A stretch of 52,856 nucleotides of DNA from a virus (Duplodnaviria; Caudoviricetes). The stretch's first letter is position 1. Every line of letters begins with the position of its first letter. The translations under genes were made by a program, and so were the position numbers. Location of the stretch: IMG/VR virus record IMGVR_UViG_3300028399_000002, positions 1 to 52,856 of that record; one strand, written 5' to 3'. The notes beneath the pieces were generated by a model. The model worked only from the letters and a program-made list of their open reading frames with translations. It ran no database searches and was not told the DNA's origin. Positions 34,190 to 42,893 of the stretch are shown here, piece by piece.

Positions 34190-34535
34190 AGATCGTCTCT
34201 CCTTTCTCTAAATCATAGATTGCCTTTTGGTTATACCTCTTGGCAATCTGTATAGCTTGTTCAAGGGTTTCTACTACTATGACAACATCAAGGTAAGTCA
34301 TGCTTGTAGTTTCGTCTAACCACGTGCCAAGATAATGCTTAGTTTGTGCAAGGCGGTATTTGTAGGCGTAGATATAAGATTCTAAAATGTTTTTCGTTAA
34401 ATACGGATGCTTTTCTTCTACGTCAGGGTATGGTGAGACGACATAACCGCCTGTTGGTACGCTACCGTCAAGCGCGGTTGTCGACCCACCGTTTGCGTGA
34501 TGCGTTTCTATTATTTCTTTTATCAAAATTTCCAT
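34182..34535 (-). CDS. Conserved early phage protein (cassette gene 1)
   Basis: RBS AAGGAG before MEILIKE; NGGST, GGYVVS, YLGTWLD, YLDV, NQKAIYDL. Confidence 0.75.
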   Translation of the reverse strand: MEILIKEIIETHHANGGSTTALDGSVPTGGYVVSPYPDVEEKHPYLTKNILESYIYAYKYRLAQTKHYLGTWLDETTSMTYLDVVIVVETLEQAIQIAKRYNQKAIYDLEKGETIYV

Positions 34536-34548
34536 AACTTTTCTCCTT

Positions 34549-34592
34549 GGCAAGCAGGCATTCTCTTGATCCCTGTCTTACATGTCTCATCT
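34549..34592. repeat. 44-bp exact direct repeat, copy 2
   Basis: Identical to 33325-33368. Confidence 0.95.
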
Positions 34593-34598
34593 CGATTT

Positions 34599-34637
34599 AA
34601 ATAAAAAAGCCCACGGGATATTAAACCCCGTGGGCTC
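34599..34637 (-). terminator. Rho-independent terminator
   Basis: Minus strand GAGCCCACGGGG...TCCCGTGGGCT-TTTTTATTT. Confidence 0.85.
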
Positions 34638-34641
34638 CTCA

Positions 34642-34863
34642 TTAGAGGATTTGGACGGTCCAATAGAACCGTCCATCTCTTCCCTTCCGGGGAATAAACT
34701 CCATGTCGGAGTCATCTCCGGCAAGGGTAGCCATAAACTCCTGAAGGGCCTTGCGGCCTTCAGGCGTTTTGGCCCACTGGCGGGCGGTCATAGGCTGGAT
34801 AACCTTCCAGCCTACAATCCGCCCGTTTTCTATGATTGCTTGCTTAACTGGTCCACTTTTCAT
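34642..34863 (-). CDS. Early hypothetical protein
   Basis: ATGA overlap with the upstream ORF; followed by a terminator. Confidence 0.7.
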   Translation of the reverse strand: MKSGPVKQAIIENGRIVGWKVIQPMTARQWAKTPEGRKALQEFMATLAGDDSDMEFIPRKGRDGRFYWTVQIL

Positions 34864-35036
34864 TCCTTCCCCCTTTCTGCCCGTACACGGGCGATTTTGG
34901 AGAGAAGTGCGGAGACTTCACCCACTTCTTCCAAGGTGTAAAGATTGTCCTCTCTCAAACCTTCTTCCCTGATACGGAAGAGGAGAGAGAGTGCATTTTC
35001 TATCATTTCCAATTCTTTTTTTTCCAATTCTATCAT
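34860..35036 (-). CDS. 58-aa first gene of the early block (not in the ORF track)
   Basis: RBS AAGGAGGT; MIELEKKELEMIENALSLL... Confidence 0.7.
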   Translation of the reverse strand: MIELEKKELEMIENALSLLFRIREEGLREDNLYTLEEVGEVSALLSKIARVRAERGKE

Positions 35037-35063
35037 TTCCTACCTCCTTTTTTGTTTTTCTGG

Positions 35064-35133
35064 ATTATAACACAATCAAAACTTTTGTCAAGTAAAAAAT
35101 AAAAAATTTTTATTTAATAAAATCAAATACTTA
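35064..35133 (-). promoter_or_regulatory. Strong sigma70 early promoter with an AT-rich UP region and an IHF-like site
   Basis: TTGACA (35091-35086)-16 bp-TATAAT (35069-35064); AATCAAATACTTA at 35121-35133 fits WATCAANNNNTTR. Confidence 0.75.
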
Positions 35134-35370
35134 CAAAATTTTTACTTGCAAGCAACGTTATTAAAAGTTATTAATCTTGCAATTTGAGTATTCAATGTTC
35201 AATGTTAAGAAGGTTTTGTTAAGTAAAAATCGAAAATTTTTCACTTAAAAATCGCGGTAAGCTTCCTCAGTATTCCATTATATATCTAATAGTATAAGGA
35301 TGTCTGTGTTTTGGATGTCTTAGGATGTTTCTGGTTGTTTCTGGTGTACAACCCACCACCACCCACATTA

Positions 35371-35493
35371 TTGAAAACCATTTTCAATTGAAAACCGTTT
35401 TCATGCGCGTGCGTGTACAGGTTTAAAATTTTTGATCGTTTTCACGTGCGTACGCGTGCGTGTGTGTACGATAAATTTGAAAATCATTTTCAT
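35371..35493. promoter_or_regulatory. Three Fur-box-like palindromes
   Basis: 35371-35387 TTGAAAACCATTTTCAA; 35388-35404 TTGAAAACCGTTTTCAT; 35477-35493 TTGAAAATCATTTTCAT. Confidence 0.65.
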
Positions 35494-35635
35494 TTAGTTT
35501 GAAAATTTTTGGTGTTTGAAGCAAGGGGGGATACCGGATTCGGTTGACGCTTATTTTTAAGGTGATGTTAAACCCACCAACACACGGATTTAAAAACACA
35601 GACAGACACACCCGCGGGCAACACTTATTATTAAC

Positions 35636-35755
35636 TTGACATTTGAATTGAAATATGTTATAATATATACATATTTCAGTAAATGAAAGTAATTTTCATT
35701 TTCTTGAAAATTTACTCATTTTCCTATTGACAATTCGCCGCAATTTTGGTATAAT
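35636..35755 (+). promoter_or_regulatory. Two tandem consensus sigma70 promoters for the virion arm with a Fur-box-like site between them
   Basis: TTGACA-17-TATAAT at 35636-35664 and 35727-35755; ATGAAAGTAATTTTCAT at 35683-35699. Confidence 0.8.
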
Positions 35756-35772
35756 ATGTCAAGGATTTGAAA

Positions 35773-35928
35773 ATGCCCAAGAAACTTGAGGAAAAGCTGA
35801 AAAGGGAAGCCCGCAAAAAGGGCTTGAAAGGAAAACGGGCTCGCGCTTACGTTTACGGAACGATGCGTGGGACTGGGTGGAAGCCTTCTCGGGAGAAGCG
35901 GCGTAAAAGAAAGAAGAAAAAGCATTAA
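35773..35928 (+). CDS. 51-aa highly basic protein (not in the ORF track)
   Basis: RBS AAGGA; MPKKLEEKLKREARKKGLKGKRARAYVYGTMRGTGWKPSREKRRKRKKKKH. Confidence 0.75.
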   Translation: MPKKLEEKLKREARKKGLKGKRARAYVYGTMRGTGWKPSREKRRKRKKKKH

Positions 35929-36003
35929 TTAGATTTTGACAGGTATCAAGCTTGCCTTGATACTAAGTCAAAATCAAGTTTTCAAATCTGTTTTGGATTT
36001 TGA

Positions 36004-36079
36004 CAGGGTGTAGCTCAATTGGTAGAGCTGGTGCTTTGGGAGCATCAGGCTGGAGGTTCGAGTCCTCCCACCCTGACCA
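36004..36079 (+). tRNA. trnP: tRNA-Pro (anticodon TGG)
   Basis: Acceptor CAGGGTG/CACCCTG, D arm GCTC/GAGC, anticodon loop TTTGGGA, GGTTCGAGTCC T arm, A73 and encoded CCA. Confidence 0.96.
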
Positions 36080-36091
36080 AAGGAGGAAAAA

Positions 36092-36295
36092 TTGGCAAAG
36101 AGAAAGAAAAGTTGCTCTGTTGGAGAAATATCGACACCTCAGAGGAAGAATGTGGACTTGAAGAAGGCCAAAAATGGCTATGTTGTCTCCTCTTGGGATG
36201 GTATGGGAGAGCAGGTTTACATAGCTAAAAACAAGTCTGAGGCTTTGGAGTATGTAAGTAAGATTATGGGGCTGAAATCCAGAGGTAAAAAGTGA
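36092..36295 (+). CDS. Small hypothetical protein
   Basis: RBS AAGGAGG directly after the tRNA CCA; TTG start. Confidence 0.7.
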   Translation: MAKRKKSCSVGEISTPQRKNVDLKKAKNGYVVSSWDGMGEQVYIAKNKSEALEYVSKIMGLKSRGKK

Positions 36296-36357
36296 TGAAA
36301 ATCCTCTTTACTCCTATTATCTGGCTTGTTTGGTTCATGTTCAACTTGGCAAGATGG

Positions 36358-36423
36358 AAAAAGTCTTAAAATTTAGTATTGAAATACGGGAAAATTGGGT
36401 GTTTAAGCGGTCTAAAATCGACG
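36358..36423 (-). repeat. Dispersed ~65-bp motif, inverted copy
   Basis: Reverse complement aligns with 14822-14887. Confidence 0.85.
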
Positions 36424-36484
36424 AAAAATTTTTGTACGTAGGTTGATATCTGTAAACTGAAAACTTTTAAATTTTGGTGTTTAA

Positions 36485-37549
36485 ATGGCGGAAAATTTGA
36501 GTCAAAAAATCCCGGCTTCCGAGTTAAAATCCAAGATTCATCCAGGTATGACCTTCCCAGTACCAGATGATGAAGAAACAAGGAGTCTTCTTGATTCTGT
36601 AAATGCGTTTATTGACACGTTTGCGCGGGTATCCGGGGCTTCTTTAGGTCTAAGGCTGGAAAAAACTGCTCAGATCAACGAAAATATTAAGTTTGCGCTG
36701 GGCGATTTTTACAAGAATTACATGCGTTTTGCTTCAAAATTCAGGCAAACTCGGCTGGGAAAGGCGGCTGAAGAGCTGTATTTCCCTAAATTCGTTGCCA
36801 GAATCTACGGTGCCTTTGATGCTGCTCTCGGAGGTAAGCGTTATGCTGACATGACGCCGGAAGAAAGGCAGGCAAGAGAAGAAATGATAGCGCGAGCTAT
36901 GGAAATTTTTGCTCCAGTGGGTACTGTGGAGGCGAGATACATTATTGCTCAAGTAGCAAAAGCACTTCCAAAGACCAGCCGCAAGCTTTCAATACGCATA
37001 ATGAAGTCATTTTTCAAGAAAGTTCCTGCTGAGCAGTTGAAACCAGTTGCTTCATTTACTACTAAGCCTGGTGCTATGCGTGAGTGGGCTGAAAAGTATG
37101 GTTATAATCTTCATAAGGTTAAAAGCTGGCGTGGACTTTCTGTTAAAGCTTCTGGAGCATACGGTATTAGCGGTAAAAAAGGTAGTGATATCATAGTAAA
37201 ACCGATATCTGATCTTTTGGACGAGCAGCGTGTTACAGTTAATGAGTTTGATCCTATTCAAACAAGTATACATGAGCTTGCCCATCCTAAATTAAGAAGT
37301 GTTCTCAGTAATCCTAAATATGAAGCGAGAATAATAGGAAAAGTGTCAAAGATTCTGGAAGAAGAATTTAATAAGATACCTAAAGCTTATCTTGATCCAG
37401 ATGAGGCTTTGGCTTATAATTATGCTCGCAAAAAAATAGTTGATCTTGCTGATGAATATCCGGAACTTTATTTTGAGACAAGAGATTACCCGTATTCAGA
37501 GAAACTTGGTAAGTTTGCTGAAAGATTAATGAGATTTAAGGAGGAATAA
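36485..37549 (+). CDS. Probable virion protein with a zincin-like HExxH motif
   Basis: SIHELAHP with a downstream DEALA. Confidence 0.55.
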   Translation: MAENLSQKIPASELKSKIHPGMTFPVPDDEETRSLLDSVNAFIDTFARVSGASLGLRLEKTAQINENIKFALGDFYKNYMRFASKFRQTRLGKAAEELYFPKFVARIYGAFDAALGGKRYADMTPEERQAREEMIARAMEIFAPVGTVEARYIIAQVAKALPKTSRKLSIRIMKSFFKKVPAEQLKPVASFTTKPGAMREWAEKYGYNLHKVKSWRGLSVKASGAYGISGKKGSDIIVKPISDLLDEQRVTVNEFDPIQTSIHELAHPKLRSVLSNPKYEARIIGKVSKILEEEFNKIPKAYLDPDEALAYNYARKKIVDLADEYPELYFETRDYPYSEKLGKFAERLMRFKEE

Positions 37550-38019
37550 TGTCTACAGAGTACAAAACAGAGATTGTAATTTTGCGGTCTGATAAAGATA
37601 CCCATTTTACTGGAAGTCTTGCTCAGGACGCAATGGAGACTGAAAGTATAAACTTTCCTTCAGACTGGAGAACTGCTGGAATTAATTCTTGCATAATTGA
37701 GGGTATTTCAATTCAGTCTGATCAGAACCTTGATTGGGATGTTATTATTTTCTCTGGAAGTGAATATGATAATACTGATCTTGATTTGGATAAGGCTATT
37801 GACTATACGTCTTTTGCGAATACTGTAGGAAAGCAGATAGGTGGTGCGGGACAGTATTATTATCCTCTTGCTTCTTCTCCGTTTAAGATTCCTTATGTGG
37901 ATGAGGATAGGAGTGGTAAGTTGCATGTTGGCCTTGTAAACCGTAGTGCTACTGCTAAAAATGCGGGAGCTACAGGTGAAGTAGTAATAACCTTTATTCT
38001 GCGTCCTGTTTGGGGGTAA
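37549..38019 (+). CDS. Virion structural protein (beta-sandwich type)
   Basis: RBS AAGGAGG; composition and operon position. Confidence 0.55.
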   Translation: MSTEYKTEIVILRSDKDTHFTGSLAQDAMETESINFPSDWRTAGINSCIIEGISIQSDQNLDWDVIIFSGSEYDNTDLDLDKAIDYTSFANTVGKQIGGAGQYYYPLASSPFKIPYVDEDRSGKLHVGLVNRSATAKNAGATGEVVITFILRPVWG

Positions 38020-38022
38020 GAG

Positions 38023-38931
38023 ATGCCAGTAATCCCTAATCAGAATCCAATAGAATCTTTGAAGCAGGAAATAGATAAGCTTACTGCAAGGAAGAATGAA
38101 TTACAGGCTGAGCTTGGTCTACATCTTGATTACAAAAGTTTGAGTGAAGCACTTGAACGTCATAAGAAAATTATAGAGTTTGAAAAGTCTAAACTTAACA
38201 AAGAGTATGAAAGCAGAATAAATCGATTGCAGGTTGAAATAGATTCAATTGTTGAGAGGAAAGAGCGTCTTAATAACCAAGTAAAGCTTTTGGAAGAAAG
38301 GCTTTCTCTACTTATGGAAGATATAAATACTGCTGTAAAGCGCAAGTATGAAGAGAATGTTAAGGCTTCCAAAATTATTGAAAAGGCTGAAGAGAAGGCT
38401 AAGAAGATATTGAAAGATGCTTCTGACAAAGCTGAAAAGATAATAGGTCATGCTAATGCTAAGGAGATACAGGTTGCGGACAATGCTTACAAGGTAGAAC
38501 TTGGCTATAAGCGTCTGAATGAGGAGATGAAGAAACTTGATGCGAAAAAAGAAGCTTTTGAGAAAGAGAAAGAGCATTTTGATTCAGAGAAGAAGAAAAT
38601 TGAGCGTTTGCTTTGTACTGACAAAAATGCTGTTGAAGAGGAAAAGAAAAAGCTTCTTGCGGAGAAAGAGAAACTTTCGGTACTTGAGTCTCAGCTAAAG
38701 GACAAGATGTCAGAGTTTGGTGATAAGCTTTCTGATCTTGAGGAAAAAGAGCGCAAACTTGCTAAAAGGTTTGCTGAACTTGAGGCTAAGTCTTCAGAAC
38801 TTTCAAAGCGTGAAAAAGAGTTTGAGGAAAATAAGAAACTGTTTTCACTTGCTCAGCGTAAGCTAAAAGATCGTGAACGTATAGTAGAAAGAAAAGAACA
38901 GGAGCTTAAGCTGAAAGATGCCGGATATTAA
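38023..38931 (+). CDS. Long coiled-coil protein
   Basis: E/K/L heptad-rich throughout. Confidence 0.75.
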   Translation: MPVIPNQNPIESLKQEIDKLTARKNELQAELGLHLDYKSLSEALERHKKIIEFEKSKLNKEYESRINRLQVEIDSIVERKERLNNQVKLLEERLSLLMEDINTAVKRKYEENVKASKIIEKAEEKAKKILKDASDKAEKIIGHANAKEIQVADNAYKVELGYKRLNEEMKKLDAKKEAFEKEKEHFDSEKKKIERLLCTDKNAVEEEKKKLLAEKEKLSVLESQLKDKMSEFGDKLSDLEEKERKLAKRFAELEAKSSELSKREKEFEENKKLFSLAQRKLKDRERIVERKEQELKLKDAGY

Positions 38932-39340
38932 GCGTATAGTTATACACGATGCGGAGACTGGTGTAGATGCTAATGTAGATTCTGCGGGTAATCTACTCAT
39001 TTACTCTTCTATGCCTACACTTAAATCTGTTTCCGGTGTTGTTTCATCTTCGGGAGACAATACTATAATTTCTGCTGTATCAGGTAAGAAGCTAACTGTA
39101 TACTCTCTAATACTTTCTACTACGACTACTACAGAGACTTTGTGTAAATTTACAGACGGTGCTGGAGGTACTGAACTTTTCCGGGTAGACCTTCAAGCTT
39201 CTTCAGGAACTATTTCGGGAGTATCCAAAACTCTATCACCTCCAGCATACATCTTCCAGGGCTCTGCTGGAAATGCTTTGGTTTTGAATTTAGGTGCTGC
39301 GCAATCAATTCATTATTCTATTTCTTATTGGGAGGAATAA
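38918..39340 (+). CDS. Virion structural protein
   Basis: Ser/Thr/Gly-rich beta sequence. Confidence 0.55.
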   Translation: MPDIKRIVIHDAETGVDANVDSAGNLLIYSSMPTLKSVSGVVSSSGDNTIISAVSGKKLTVYSLILSTTTTTETLCKFTDGAGGTELFRVDLQASSGTISGVSKTLSPPAYIFQGSAGNALVLNLGAAQSIHYSISYWEE

Positions 39341-39586
39341 TTGGCAAGAGTTAAGGTTATTGATCCTGGTTGTGGGCATATAAGATTTATAATATCTCAT
39401 AACGGTGAAAATCGGGAAGTTCTTACTACGAAAGCTGAAGTAGAAAGTTTTATAAGTGATATGGATATTGTAATAGATATGATTTTGAAAAATCTTGGTG
39501 TTTTTGTCCGTCTTGCTAAAAAGAGTGGTGTTTCAAACTGGAGCGATCTTAAAACATTGATTGAGGGGAAGGAGTTTAAGGTCTAA
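39341..39586 (+). CDS. Hypothetical protein
   Basis: RBS GGAGG; abuts both neighbours. Confidence 0.65.
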   Translation: MARVKVIDPGCGHIRFIISHNGENREVLTTKAEVESFISDMDIVIDMILKNLGVFVRLAKKSGVSNWSDLKTLIEGKEFKV

Positions 39587-40648
39587 ATGGCATTACAGGG
39601 TATCGGCGGTTACACACAGTGGCCGTCTAATTTATACTTCACGCGAGATTTGAGTTTTCTCACACTGGATGCCGCTGGGGAAATACTTGCAGCCATTTTT
39701 CAGGTGCCTGAATCTAAAACTATAACCCACATATGTTTTCGCACGAGTGCGGTAGCTATATCTGCAACTTTGCGTGTAGGTCTTGAAACTACTAACAATG
39801 ACGGTACTCCGACTGGTACTCAATACGGAGGGTCATCTCCTGGTACGCTTGCGTCCCCAGCTTCAGGCACATGGTACGAGGTGCCGTTGAGTGTAAGCGC
39901 ATCAGCTACTCGGCCTGACTGGGTCGCTGCTGTTTTTCAATTTGATTCTACTGCTGGAGATGTTGATATCTCATGTGCCACAGGGCAATATCATTATGGT
40001 TGTGGTGTGCCTTTTTCTCTACATTATGATACTACTGCATGGGCTCAATATGATCGTACTGTTGTTATGGCATTAAAATGTTCTGATGGTACATATATTG
40101 TTCCACCACGTTACACTCCGATGTCCAGTGCTTTGTTTGCGGGTTTTAGTCTTGATTCTTCTCCGGACGAAGGTGGTTTGAGAATATACTCACCCGCACC
40201 TATGAGAGTTGAAGGTTGGTGGTTTTATGGCAGAGAAACTACGACCTCGCATGAATTTGATGTAAATCTGTATGACAGCAGTTCAGTGTCTTTGCGGTCT
40301 GCATCTGTAGGCAATAGAGCAGGCTCAACAGCAAACTATGAAATGGTCTTTTATTTTGGTTTGTTTGATTCTTCATACGATATTCAGGCGAACACAGAGT
40401 ATTTTTTAGCGGTTAAGGGAACTGTTAATACGTATAAAACGCCATTACATGTACTAACATTTCCTAACGCCAGCATTATGAGCAAAATGCCTGGTGCTGG
40501 GAATTTGTATTATGTTTACCGTACAGACGGTGGGGCTTGGACAGCCGACACGTTATCTCTGCCGAGAATGGGACTGCTCGTCTCCGCCCTCGATGACGGC
40601 GCTGGTGGTGGAGGTGGCGGCGGATCAAGTGTAATTATGGGGGATTAA
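39587..40648 (+). CDS. Probable receptor-binding/appendage protein with a poly-Gly C-terminus
   Basis: Two similar beta-rich halves; ends GAGGGGGGGSSVIMGD. Confidence 0.5.
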   Translation: MALQGIGGYTQWPSNLYFTRDLSFLTLDAAGEILAAIFQVPESKTITHICFRTSAVAISATLRVGLETTNNDGTPTGTQYGGSSPGTLASPASGTWYEVPLSVSASATRPDWVAAVFQFDSTAGDVDISCATGQYHYGCGVPFSLHYDTTAWAQYDRTVVMALKCSDGTYIVPPRYTPMSSALFAGFSLDSSPDEGGLRIYSPAPMRVEGWWFYGRETTTSHEFDVNLYDSSSVSLRSASVGNRAGSTANYEMVFYFGLFDSSYDIQANTEYFLAVKGTVNTYKTPLHVLTFPNASIMSKMPGAGNLYYVYRTDGGAWTADTLSLPRMGLLVSALDDGAGGGGGGGSSVIMGD

Positions 40649-40649
40649 T

Positions 40650-42893
40650 ATGGCTCGATATCCATATAGAGGACATACAAAGACTGGTAATGGTAAGGTG
40701 ATAACTTCCGCAACTGTATCTGTTTACCTTGCGGGGACTGATACGGCTGCGAATGTATATACAAGTGAGACTGGCGGGTCTCCAGTAAACTCTGTTACCA
40801 GTGATTCTACTACTGGGTACTTTATCTTTTGGGTGGACGAGGCTTCATATTCACTCAATCAAAAGTTCAAGATAAAGATTTCAAAGTCAAATTTCAGGAC
40901 TCAGACTTACGACAATATACAGATTTATCCAAAAGTTCAGAGTAACTATTACTATGTAGATTACAATGAATCTGACCAGGGTGCTGCTGGTAGCGGATAC
41001 TCGGTAAAGGATATTGTTGACAGTGTTGGAAGTACAAATGCTGTTATGGTCTTCCGCAACAATTCTGGATCAGCGACTACGACATATACTTTCTCTACCA
41101 ATGAAACTATCCCTGCAAACATAAAGGTTGTGGTTGAGCCTGGTGCCTTACTTTCTCCGGCTGCCGGAGTTACTTTAACAATTGCTGGGCCGCTTGATGC
41201 TCCAATAATGCAGATTTTCTCTGGTAGTGGAACGATAGCTTTCACTGCGGGACACCTTACTGAACTATATCCTAATTGGTGGGGTTTTGATGTAAGTGCT
41301 TCAGCTTCTACAAACGATACTGCGTTTACTGCATGTTTGAATGCTGCCTTATCTGCTGGTATAGATATAAAGCTGACTGCGGGAACCTTTTCCCTTAATC
41401 CTATAAAATATACTTTTACAGATAGCACTACACAACCTGGTATTCGTATAGAAGGTCAGGGCTCTGCAATGACGATGGATACAAACCGTGCTAAAACTTT
41501 GCTCGATTTTAGTGGACTCTCTGATACTGGTTCTGATGTTGCTATCGAGTTTGAGACTACTGGTACGGGTTCTCTTGTAGGAATGACTTTTAAGAATCTT
41601 TCCTTGCGGGGACCAGGTAACGTTGCGGCAAACACTACAAAAGGAATTTATGTTAACGCTGATATTAGTACAGGCAAGTCTGGTGGTCTTAATTGGAATT
41701 TTGAGAATGTTGGATTAACGAATTTCAATACTGGACTGCATATTACTGGAGCTAATAACTTTACAATTTCTTCTAAGAAACTGAATTTCCAGAATTGTGA
41801 AACTGGATTGCATATCGATAATCTGAGCAATATAGGTAGTTGGATCGATTGTGACTTTGCAAATACTACCTATGGGGTAATACTTGATAAGGCCAGTAAC
41901 CAGACATTCATTAATCCAAGATTTGAAGATGTTACTCATGGCATGATTGTTGATGGTACTAATGGCTACTCTTTTGGAGTTACTGTTATCAATCCGTACT
42001 TCGAGCCTACAATTTCTGGCGACGGTTTTCGTCTTGGTTATGATAAAGCTGGTAACAAGACCTCAAGTGGTGCCGTTAACTTTACTATCATAGGTGGCCG
42101 TGGAGATAGGTCAGACTTTACTGGAGTACCTATTAGGACAAATAACAGTAACACTATACATATACACAACTTTAGGCCAGTTGAATATGCTGATCAGTAC
42201 GTAAAAAATGGTGGGACTGTTTACTTCTGTATTGCTGATCATACTTCGAGTGCTTCTGATGAGCCTGGTGTTGGTGCAAACTGGGCTAACTACTGGGAGG
42301 CTATAACTGATGGTAATACGACTGCTGCTCCCGATTGGGTAAGTGGTAAGTCTTATAAACAGAATGATATTTACGGAGGCTTACCGAATAGTTTTGTAGT
42401 TAGTGGTAAACTTGGAGCTTCAAATGCTGTACATTTTGGAGATGGCGGCAAGCTCTATTCTCTAAGAAATATATACAGTACAGTTGTATCAGTGAACAAA
42501 GGTGGTACTAATCAGGCTATAACCACTGGTACTTGGACTAAGGTAACATGGAACACAGAAGATTTTGATACTGATAATCTGTTTGCTTCAGATCGCTTTA
42601 CTCCAACGCAAGAAGGTTATTATTTAATAGAGTATCATGTTCAGTGGCAAAGTTCTGTTGATCAGAAAAGACATTTTATTTCTGTGTATGATAAGAACGG
42701 TGTTGCTATAAAATCATCTTCTTTTCTGTCAAGTAGTACAGATGCTTATCAAGATAACCATCTTGCTGTTATTGTATATGCGGATGGTTCTACTGACTAC
42801 TTTGAATTTTATGCAAGACAAGATACTGGTGGTACTGTAAATATAAGTGGTGCTGCGGAAGAAACTTATTTAACTATAACGAGGGTAGGATAA
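40650..42893 (+). CDS. Tail spike/fibre with a beta-helix domain and a C1q-like C-terminal domain
   Basis: Virion-binding N-terminus, NDTAFTACLNAA cap helix, N/G/F-rich beta-helix repeats, WTKVTWNTEDFDT...RFTPTQEGYY. Confidence 0.8.
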   Translation: MARYPYRGHTKTGNGKVITSATVSVYLAGTDTAANVYTSETGGSPVNSVTSDSTTGYFIFWVDEASYSLNQKFKIKISKSNFRTQTYDNIQIYPKVQSNYYYVDYNESDQGAAGSGYSVKDIVDSVGSTNAVMVFRNNSGSATTTYTFSTNETIPANIKVVVEPGALLSPAAGVTLTIAGPLDAPIMQIFSGSGTIAFTAGHLTELYPNWWGFDVSASASTNDTAFTACLNAALSAGIDIKLTAGTFSLNPIKYTFTDSTTQPGIRIEGQGSAMTMDTNRAKTLLDFSGLSDTGSDVAIEFETTGTGSLVGMTFKNLSLRGPGNVAANTTKGIYVNADISTGKSGGLNWNFENVGLTNFNTGLHITGANNFTISSKKLNFQNCETGLHIDNLSNIGSWIDCDFANTTYGVILDKASNQTFINPRFEDVTHGMIVDGTNGYSFGVTVINPYFEPTISGDGFRLGYDKAGNKTSSGAVNFTIIGGRGDRSDFTGVPIRTNNSNTIHIHNFRPVEYADQYVKNGGTVYFCIADHTSSASDEPGVGANWANYWEAITDGNTTAAPDWVSGKSYKQNDIYGGLPNSFVVSGKLGASNAVHFGDGGKLYSLRNIYSTVVSVNKGGTNQAITTGTWTKVTWNTEDFDTDNLFASDRFTPTQEGYYLIEYHVQWQSSVDQKRHFISVYDKNGVAIKSSSFLSSSTDAYQDNHLAVIVYADGSTDYFEFYARQDTGGTVNISGAAEETYLTITRVG

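Noticed and set aside
34582-34972. + strand ORFs of 119 and 73 aa
   Set aside because: They are antisense to promoter-, RBS- and terminator-supported minus-strand genes.
36004-36079. tRNA as an attP site indicating lysogeny
   Set aside because: No integrase or repressor was found, and the tRNA is complete and sits in an expressed operon.
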